A stretch of DNA of 64,000 nt. Origin: an uncultured Acidobacteriota bacterium. Its GTDB lineage: Bacteria > Acidobacteriota > Vicinamibacteria > Vicinamibacterales > SCN-69-37. Location: positions 522,179 through 586,178 of the forward strand of contig CAWAEG010000001.1 in the NCBI GenBank assembly GCA_963780895.1, in the 5' to 3' direction. The stretch's first letter is position 1. Every line of letters begins with the position of its first letter. The translations under genes and the position numbers were made by a program. Of this stretch, positions 57,836 through 64,000 are shown piece after piece. The notes beneath the pieces were generated by a model. It did not search any database and was not told the DNA's origin. It worked only from the letters and a program-made list of their open reading frames with translations.

Positions 57836-58809
57836 CGCCGGGCGCCGTCATGTCCCGCCTTCCCCGCATCGCGGAGCTCGACGCGGCGTCCGCGGGCTGG
57901 GGATTCTTTCTCTGCGCGCGGAAAGACCGCCGCGTCGGGCGGAACGGCGGTGAATTCCTCGACGTGCTGCTGCAGGATGTCTCGGGTGAGATCCGGGCCA
58001 AGATCTTCCAGGACATCGACCTCGTCAGCCAGGAGTTCGACGCCGGCGAGTTCGTAAAGGTTCAAGGCAAGGGGAATATCCATAACGGCCGCTTCGAGCT
58101 CGTCATCGAAAGAATTCGGCGCGTGCTGCCCGAGCGTGATGCCACCGAGGGATTCCGCGAAGGTGACTGTATCCCGACGTCGCCGCGGCCGGCGGACGAG
58201 ATGTGGCGCGAGCTCGGCGAGCGTCTGGCGAGCGTCGAGCACCCGGCACTGCGTGCGCTGCTCGTCCGCATCGTCGATCAGCATGCCGATCGGCTTCGCA
58301 TCTGGCCGGCCGCCCGGCAGATTCACCACGCCTACCGAAGCGGGCTGCTCGAGCACATCCTCAAGATCATGGCGACCGTCGTCCAGCTCGCGGAGCTCTA
58401 CGGCGCGCGGCGCGATCTCCTCATTGCCGGCGCGCTCCTGCACGACATCGGCAAGCTGCGCGAGCTCACGTACGACGTCACCATCGACTATTCGGTCGAA
58501 GGCAACCTCGTCGGCCACATCACGATTGGCGCCGGCATGGTGCGCGACGCGATCCGCGAGATCCCGGATTTCCCGCGGGACCTCGCGCTCCAGATCGAGC
58601 ATTTGATCCTCTCGCATCACGGGTCGCTCGAGCTCGGGTCGCCCGTCGTGCCGATGACCGTCGAGGCCTTTATTCTCGCGGCGGCCGACGAGCTCGACGC
58701 CCGTCTCCATCAGGTCCGCAGGCTCATCGCCGACGACGACACCGAGGGTCCGTTCACCGCGTACAGCCGGCGCCTCGAGCGTCAGCTGTACAAGGGGACG
58801 GGCGTCTAG
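57832..58809 (+). CDS. OB-fold + HD-domain 3'-5' exoribonuclease (YhaM-like)
   Basis: ...FLDVLLQDVSGEIRAKIFQD...VKVQGKGNIHNGRFELVIERI (OB). ...HHAYRSGLLEHIL...ALLHDIGKL...ILSHHG (HD). Confidence 0.75.
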   Translation: MTPGAVMSRLPRIAELDAASAGWGFFLCARKDRRVGRNGGEFLDVLLQDVSGEIRAKIFQDIDLVSQEFDAGEFVKVQGKGNIHNGRFELVIERIRRVLPERDATEGFREGDCIPTSPRPADEMWRELGERLASVEHPALRALLVRIVDQHADRLRIWPAARQIHHAYRSGLLEHILKIMATVVQLAELYGARRDLLIAGALLHDIGKLRELTYDVTIDYSVEGNLVGHITIGAGMVRDAIREIPDFPRDLALQIEHLILSHHGSLELGSPVVPMTVEAFILAAADELDARLHQVRRLIADDDTEGPFTAYSRRLERQLYKGTGV

Positions 58810-58845
58810 TCCCCGTTGTCCAGGACCTCGACGCTTCGCTGACCT

Positions 58846-59730
58846 TTGTCGACCGCCTATCTCGCCTGGGCCGCCGTCTGTCTGATCTGGGGCACGACCT
58901 ATCTCGGCATCAAGATCGCGCTCGAGACGATCCCACCCTTTCTGATGGGCGGGATTCGCTATACGACGAGCGGCCTGGTCCTGGCGGCGTGGCTCCTCGC
59001 GCGCGGCCGGCGGTTGCCGGCGAGGGGCGACTGGGGGCGGCTGGCGGTGCTCGGATTCTTCATGCTCATGCTCGGCAACGGGGGCGTCGTGTGGGGAGAG
59101 CAGTTCCTCTCGAGCGGACTCACGGCCGTGCTCATCGGCACGAGCCCCTTCTGGATGGTCAGCGTGGACGCGATGCTCACCGGTGGACGCCAGCTGGGTC
59201 TTCGAGAATGGCTCGGCCTGCTCATCGGCTTCGGTGGCATCGTGATGCTCGTCTGGCCCGACATCACGGCGGGCGGAGCTGGCGGGCGGAACTTCGCGCT
59301 GGGTGTGCTTGCGGTGCAGGTGGCGTGCGCGGGCTGGGCCGTCGGATCGGCGTATACGCGCCGGCACGTGATGCCGCAGGATGTCCTGGGATCTGCGGCG
59401 CTGCAGATGTTCTTCGGCGGGCTCTTCATGCTGACCGCGGGGACGTTCGCGGGCGAGTGGGGAAGACTGGCGTTCAACGCGCGCACGACCGCCGCGCTCG
59501 TCTACCTGACGCTCGTCGGCGCCGTGATTGCGTTCGCGGCATTTTCGTACGCCCTCAGGCATCTCGACATGGCGATTGTCTCGCTGTATTCGTACATCAA
59601 TCCCGTGATTGCCGTCGCGCTGGGCACGATCATCCTCGGCGAGCCGTTCAACGCACGAATGGCGATGGCCATCGGCATCATTGCGATCGGCGTCATGGTG
59701 GTCGCGCCCATGGTGCGGAAGACGTCGTGA
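58846..59730 (+). CDS. EamA/DMT-family transporter
   Basis: Ten predicted TM segments. AWAAVCLIWGTTYLGIKIALETIPPFLMGGIRYT... is typical of a duplicated EamA domain. Confidence 0.8.
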   Translation: MSTAYLAWAAVCLIWGTTYLGIKIALETIPPFLMGGIRYTTSGLVLAAWLLARGRRLPARGDWGRLAVLGFFMLMLGNGGVVWGEQFLSSGLTAVLIGTSPFWMVSVDAMLTGGRQLGLREWLGLLIGFGGIVMLVWPDITAGGAGGRNFALGVLAVQVACAGWAVGSAYTRRHVMPQDVLGSAALQMFFGGLFMLTAGTFAGEWGRLAFNARTTAALVYLTLVGAVIAFAAFSYALRHLDMAIVSLYSYINPVIAVALGTIILGEPFNARMAMAIGIIAIGVMVVAPMVRKTS

Positions 59731-59795
59731 GCGACTCAACGTGTCGCTGCAGTCGTGGACTTCGCGGCCACGCCCGTGCGGTCCGCGGCTGTTTC

Positions 59796-60413
59796 ATGGG
59801 TCTGCTGATTCTTGCCGTCGCCACGCCCGCGCGCGCACAAGCGACCGATCCGCCGCCGCAGGAGTCGGACGTCCGCGCCGTGCTGCTGTTCCTCGCGGGC
59901 GGCGCGTCCGGCTTCGGCCTGCACGAGCTGGGGCACGTCACGGCCGGCCTCGCGTTCGACGCGCATCCCCGCGCGCGACGGCTCGACTACGGATTCGTTC
60001 CGTTCTTCTCCATCCAGCACGACACGGTCACCCGCCGCCGCGAATTCGTGATCGCGTCGGCGGGGTTCTGGGTGCAGCACGCCGGATCAGAGTGGCTGCT
60101 CACCGCGCGGCCCAATCTGAAGAGCGAACGGGCGCCGTTTCTCAAGGGCATCTTCGCGTTCAATCTCGCGGCGTCGGCCGTTTACAGCGTCTCCGCGTTC
60201 GGCCGCTTCGGTCCGCCGGAGCGCGACACGCGCGGCATGGCCACGACGCTCGGCAAGAACGGCATTCCGGAACCCGTCATCGGGTTGATCGTCCTCGCGC
60301 CGGCGGCGCTCGACGGATATCGGTATCTCAATCCCGAGTCGAAGTGGGCGAAGTGGGCGTCGAGGGGGGCCAAGATCACCGCCGTGGCACTGACGCTTGC
60401 GGCGGGGCGTTAA
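59796..60413 (+). CDS. Hypothetical membrane protein with HExxH motif
   Basis: Tail of ORF 58203..60413 from the internal Met: MGLLILAVATPARAQA (signal-like)...GFGLHELGHVTAG... plus several hydrophobic segments. No family recognised. Confidence 0.5.
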   Translation: MGLLILAVATPARAQATDPPPQESDVRAVLLFLAGGASGFGLHELGHVTAGLAFDAHPRARRLDYGFVPFFSIQHDTVTRRREFVIASAGFWVQHAGSEWLLTARPNLKSERAPFLKGIFAFNLAASAVYSVSAFGRFGPPERDTRGMATTLGKNGIPEPVIGLIVLAPAALDGYRYLNPESKWAKWASRGAKITAVALTLAAGR

Positions 60414-60448
60414 CTTCGAACTTTGAACTTCGAACTTCAAACTGAAGG
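60411..60448. repeat. GAACTTCGAACTTCAAACT-family repeat (starts with the preceding gene's TAA stop)
   Basis: TAACTTCGAACTTTGAACTTCGAACTTCAAACTGAAGG. A short related piece TTTCAGTTCGAAGTTTAGG lies at 60541-60559. Confidence 0.7.
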
Positions 60449-60554
60449 CCCGGCGCGTGAAACGACTGCTTTAGTCTCCCATGTGAAGGTCGTCGACGTC
60501 CCGAACCTCGGACTGAAAGCATCTCGTTGACGCGTCGTGTTTTCAGTTCGAAGT

Positions 60555-61031
60555 TTAGGTGTCCTGTCCCGTCTTGGGGCCCAGGGCGAACGTCATCGTC
60601 CCATCGCAGACGACCTTGCCGTTGACGCGGGCGGCGCCGCTCAGGACGCCCATCCGGCTGCGCAGACGCTTGACGACCGCCTCGATTTCGACGACATCGC
60701 CGGGATGAACCGTGCGCCGGTAGCGCACGCGCTCGATGCCCATGAAAAAGATCAGCTTCTCGCGGTTTTCGGGCTTCGACAGGATGAGGATCGCGCCGAC
60801 CTGGGCGATCGCCTCCGTCAGGATCGTCGCCGGCAGCACGGGGTGCTCGCTGCCGCGGTGCCAGAGATACCGCTCGTTCAGCGAGACGTTCTTGATGCCC
60901 ACAATCCGCTTGTCGGGCTCGCACGCCGTCACCCGATCGACGAGCAGGAACGGGTAGCGGTGCGGAAGGATGCGTTCGATCGCGGCGTAGTCGAGCGGCA
61001 GCTGCATGGTCATCGGTGGCGGGAGGATCAT
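60555..61031 (-). CDS. fabZ: 3-hydroxyacyl-ACP dehydratase FabZ
   Basis: ILPHRYPFLLVDRV...GIKNVSLNE...HPVLPATILTEAIAQVGAILI...FFMGIERVRYRRTVHPGD. Confidence 0.9.
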   Translation of the reverse strand: MILPPPMTMQLPLDYAAIERILPHRYPFLLVDRVTACEPDKRIVGIKNVSLNERYLWHRGSEHPVLPATILTEAIAQVGAILILSKPENREKLIFFMGIERVRYRRTVHPGDVVEIEAVVKRLRSRMGVLSGAARVNGKVVCDGTMTFALGPKTGQDT

Positions 61032-61060
61032 ATAATTTCTTGGCCCGCCTTCGGTCTTTC

Positions 61061-62860
61061 ATGACGCAGCCCTCGACCCAGATCGGATCAGCCCCGGCCT
61101 CAGGCCTGAGTGAGCGCGACATCCTGCTCACGCTGTTCGATCTCGGCCGCCAGGTCGCGTCGGTGATCGAGTTCGACGAGCTGCTCCAGAAAATCCCTGA
61201 GCTGATCGGGCGTCTGATCCCGTTCGACGCCTTTGCGGTGTATCTGCTCGACGAGCGTCGCGGGGACCTGAGCATTGCGTACGCCGTCGGGTATCCCGAT
61301 GCCACCGGCTTCAAGCTGCAGACGTCGGAGGGCGTCGTCGGCCGGGTCGTCACGACACAGCAGGCGCTGGTGCTCGGCGACGTGAGCATGGACCCGCACT
61401 ATATCGAGGTCGTGCCCGGCATGACCTCGACGCTCGCGGTGCCGCTCGTCAACCAGGCGAAGCCGATCGGTGCGCTCAACGTCCTGAGCCGCGACCGCGA
61501 CCGGTACAGCGAACAGGACGTGGCGGTCCTGCGGCAGTTCGCCGCGCATGTCGCGACCGCGCTCGTCAACGCGCGGCTGTTCAAGCAGCAGCGCCTCGAC
61601 GCCGAGGCGTTCGAGCTTTTGGCCGAGATCGGCCGCGAGGTCGCGTCCGTGCTCGATCTGCCGGAGCTCCTGACGCGCATCGGCCAGCTCACGCGGCGCG
61701 TCATCGACTACCGGACGTTCGGCATCCTGCTCCTCAACGACGAAACGAACGAGCTCGAGATGAAAGTCGCCGTGCAATACGGGGAAAAGGTCACGCTTCC
61801 CAGAATCCCGCTCGGCGAGGGCCTGGTCGGGTACGCCGCGCTCCACCGCGAGGCCGTGCTGGTGCCGGACGTGTCGCAGGATCCGCGCTACATCAAGCTC
61901 GTCGACGATGTCCGGTCGGAGCTGGCGATTCCGATGCTGCTGAAAGATCGATGCATCGGCGTGTTCGACCTCGAAAGTCCGGAGCTGGACCGCTTCACGA
62001 AGCGCGACGTCGAGATCTTGACGCTGCTGGCGAGCCAGGCCGCCGTCGCGATCGAAAACGCGCGGCTCTACGAGGAGGTCTCGTCGAACAAGGCCCGGCT
62101 CGAAAAGGAGCTGCAGTTCGCCAAGCGCGTGCAGGCGGCGCTGCTGCCGTCCCAGCTCCCGAAACGGCTGAAGGGTGTGGATATCGCCGCCTCGTTCGCG
62201 TCGGCGCGCGAGCTGGGCGGAGATTTCCACGACTTCCTGATGCCCGACTCACACACGCTCATCGTCGCGGTCGGCGACGTGTCCGGAAAAGGCGTCCCCG
62301 CCGCCCTCTACAGCGTCTTCGCGGGCGAGCTCGTTCGCGGCCGCAGCTTCCGCCGCCGCTATCTGCCGGAGCGCTCGTCGCCCGCGGCCGTGCTGATGTC
62401 GATCAACACGATCCTCCACGAGCGGCAACTCGAGGAGTACTACTGCACCCTGTGCTATGCCGTGTTCGACCTGAAGCGGCGGTCGGTCACGCTCGCCAAC
62501 TCAGGCCTGCCGTATCCGGTGCACGCGAGCGGTGACACGTGCCGACAGATCGAGCTGCCGGGCGTCCCGCTGGGCTCGTTCTTCGGCGTGACGTACGACG
62601 AGCTCACCCTGCCCCTCGCACAGAACGACGTGTTCGTCTTCTGCTCGGACGGGGTCTTCGAGGCGATGAACAGCCGGTTCGAAGAGTTTACGGCCGACCG
62701 CCTGCTCGGTGTCGTCGCGAAGACCCGGGACCGGAACGCCCGCGAAATCGTTCACGCGATCGTGGAAGCGGTCGCCGAGCACCGCGCCGGCTACCCGCCC
62801 AACGACGACACGACGATTGTGGTGCTGAAGTTGACGGAAGTAACGAAAGAAAAACCGTAG
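61061..62860 (+). CDS. GAF-GAF-PP2C (SpoIIE/RsbU-type) phosphatase
   Basis: Internal Met of ORF 61016..62860. Two GAF-like segments (...VPLVNQAKPIGALNVLS...; ...IPMLLKDRCIGVFDLES...) are followed by ...ELGGDFHDF...VAVGDVSGKGVPAAL...FVFCSDGVFEA...PPNDDTTIVVLKL. Confidence 0.85.
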   Translation: MTQPSTQIGSAPASGLSERDILLTLFDLGRQVASVIEFDELLQKIPELIGRLIPFDAFAVYLLDERRGDLSIAYAVGYPDATGFKLQTSEGVVGRVVTTQQALVLGDVSMDPHYIEVVPGMTSTLAVPLVNQAKPIGALNVLSRDRDRYSEQDVAVLRQFAAHVATALVNARLFKQQRLDAEAFELLAEIGREVASVLDLPELLTRIGQLTRRVIDYRTFGILLLNDETNELEMKVAVQYGEKVTLPRIPLGEGLVGYAALHREAVLVPDVSQDPRYIKLVDDVRSELAIPMLLKDRCIGVFDLESPELDRFTKRDVEILTLLASQAAVAIENARLYEEVSSNKARLEKELQFAKRVQAALLPSQLPKRLKGVDIAASFASARELGGDFHDFLMPDSHTLIVAVGDVSGKGVPAALYSVFAGELVRGRSFRRRYLPERSSPAAVLMSINTILHERQLEEYYCTLCYAVFDLKRRSVTLANSGLPYPVHASGDTCRQIELPGVPLGSFFGVTYDELTLPLAQNDVFVFCSDGVFEAMNSRFEEFTADRLLGVVAKTRDRNAREIVHAIVEAVAEHRAGYPPNDDTTIVVLKLTEVTKEKP

Positions 62861-62925
62861 GGGCGCGCCTTCCGCCTTCGCTGAAGCTACGGCGGACCAC
62901 CGAAGCCTTGGCGGCGGTGGTCAGC
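62856..62925 (-). repeat. ~69-nt REP-like element, copy 2 (inverted relative to 49081-49149)
   Basis: The reverse complement GCTGACCACCGCCGCCAAGGCTTCGGTGGTCCGCCGTAGCTTCAGCGAAGGCGGAAGGCGCGCCCCTACG differs from copy 1 by a few positions only. Confidence 0.8.
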
Positions 62926-62949
62926 CCGCCTGACAGTCAGACTTCCCGT

Positions 62950-62986
62950 CAGTTTGAAGTTCGAAGTTCAGTGTTCGAAGTTCAGG
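62950..62986. repeat. GAACTTCGAACTTCAAACT-family repeat (inverted orientation)
   Basis: CAGTTTGAAGTTCGAAGTTCAGTGTTCGAAGTTCAGG. Its first 20 nt are the exact reverse complement of GAACTTCGAACTTCAAACTG at 60425-60444. It is followed by the hairpin CAGGCTGC-GCA-GCAGCCTG. Confidence 0.7.
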
Positions 62987-63274
62987 CTGCGCAGCAGCCT
63001 GTGAATAAGCCACTCGAGACCGTGACCTGGAGCGGACCGGGATGCGGCGATGCCAGCGCCTGCCTGTTAAGTGACGCACCCCGTTGGCCTCGAGTGGCCT
63101 GCCCGCTCTTCAATCAAGACGCGTACCGTCGAAAACGTTCAGAATCCCGCGCCTGCTCACCGGAACTGTCCGGAACCGAGGCCGCTTGCTGCGGCCAACT
63201 GGCCGGCGCAGGAGACAGTGGACACAACCTTTTGTTGGAGTCCGTCGTCAATTAGGGACGGAGAACATGTCTCT

Positions 63275-64000
63275 ATGACGAAGCTTCTTTCCATCGTTGG
63301 CGTCACCGTCACCCTGGTTGGCGTGTTTGCGCTGATGGTCGTCGTCGCGCCCGCCGTGCAGGGCCAGACCGTCAAATCCCGTCCCTATCTCGACCTCAAA
63401 ACGAACATCTTCGGCGGATCCACGATCGGCGTCACGGTCCGGGACGTCGATGACGCGGACGTGAAGCGCGAGAAGCTGGCCACGCTTGCGGGCGCGGTCG
63501 TCGAAGACGTCGAGACCGACAGCCCGGCGGCCAAGGCCGGCATGAAGGCCGGCGACGTCATCATCACGTTCGACGCCGAACGGGTTCGGAGCGCGCGGCA
63601 CCTTGTCCGGCTGATCGATGAGACGCCGGACGGCCGGGAAATCGAGACGACCGTGATCCGCGCCGGCGAAAAAGTCGCGTTGAAGATGGCTCCGGTCGAG
63701 CGCGGCCTGTTCAGCCGATCCATGCCGTACACCAAGCTCGATCGGTTCACGTTCCGATCGCCCGATCGGTTCGAGTTCGCGATGCCGGGAATCGATCCCA
63801 GGATCGAGATCCCCAAAATTCAGCCGTTCGCCGGCAGCGGTTACGGACGTTTCTTCGAGCGGCGCTTCGGGTTCAACGGCGTGACGGTGCAGGATCTGAC
63901 GGGTCAGCTGGGTGATTATTTCGGCGCCAGCGATGGCGTGCTCGTGACGTCGATTGAGGACGGCTCGTGGGCGAAGACCCTCGGTCTGAAGCCCGGCGAC
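63275..64000 (+). CDS. PDZ-domain protein with N-terminal signal/TM segment (partial, runs off the window end)
   Basis: Absent from the ORF track (no stop). ATG at 63275 after GGGACGGAG gives MTKLLSIVGVTVTLVGVFALMVVVAPAVQG...GAVVEDVETDSPAAKAGMKAGDVIITFDAERV... and a second ...GVLVTSIEDGSWAKTLGLKPGD. Confidence 0.8.
   Translation, partial: MTKLLSIVGVTVTLVGVFALMVVVAPAVQGQTVKSRPYLDLKTNIFGGSTIGVTVRDVDDADVKREKLATLAGAVVEDVETDSPAAKAGMKAGDVIITFDAERVRSARHLVRLIDETPDGREIETTVIRAGEKVALKMAPVERGLFSRSMPYTKLDRFTFRSPDRFEFAMPGIDPRIEIPKIQPFAGSGYGRFFERRFGFNGVTVQDLTGQLGDYFGASDGVLVTSIEDGSWAKTLGLKPGD

Noticed and set aside
58203-60413. 736-aa ORF spanning the YhaM-like, EamA and HExxH regions
   Set aside because: Only its last 205 codons (from 59796) look like a real protein. 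The upstream part is an out-of-frame read-through of two other genes, with Arg/Pro/Ala-rich junk composition.

Overview
This is a high-GC bacterial chromosome segment centred on the replication-origin neighbourhood.

**Gene order**
- Left part: serS, galU, rsmI, glmU-glmS, a LysR / leuA-like / leuCD cluster, and uvrD/pcrA.
- Minus strand next: gyrA-gyrB-dnaN-dnaA.
- Plus strand after that: rpmH-rnpA-yidD-yidC-jag-mnmE-mnmG-rsmG-(AT-richer island)-parA-parB.
- The strand switch falls at about 22.4-22.8 kb. Together with a DnaA-box cluster there, this marks the probable oriC.
- Downstream: selD, an F1Fo ATP synthase operon (b', b, delta, alpha, gamma, beta, epsilon, with no a or c subunit), a PP2C phosphatase, a Wzm/Wzt-type ABC exporter, rfaE2, mfd, a SurA-like PPIase and dusB.
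- A signalling neighbourhood follows: an NtrC-type sigma-54 activator, a tandem-repeat protein, an HTH protein, a DHp-only protein, a FliA/WhiG-type sigma factor and a PAS hybrid kinase.
- The window ends with an SDR, a YhaM-like nuclease, an EamA transporter, fabZ, a GAF-PP2C phosphatase and a partial PDZ protein.
- No rRNA, tRNA or CRISPR array was recognised.
- Gene content, and the four-helix-bundle gene remnant, suggest an Acidobacteriota-like organism. This is inference only.

**Most notable observations**
1. A PCYCGC-motif lipoprotein gene has an in-frame TGA in a UxxC context, followed by a SECIS-like hairpin. A selD in the same window itself needs TGA=Sec, and the ORF track truncates both genes.
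2. A putative phosphorelay appears to feed a sigma-54 promoter in front of an alternative sigma factor.
3. An AT-richer island of decayed IS-like fragments and 17-nt direct repeats splits rsmG from parAB.
4. Several dispersed palindromic repeat families occur, some supplying the stop codons of genes, plus unusually long perfect inverted repeats.
5. At least eight housekeeping or conserved genes are broken by single-base frameshifts. This pattern looks like assembly indel error, and it creates an artefactual 1760-aa GyrB-GyrA ORF.
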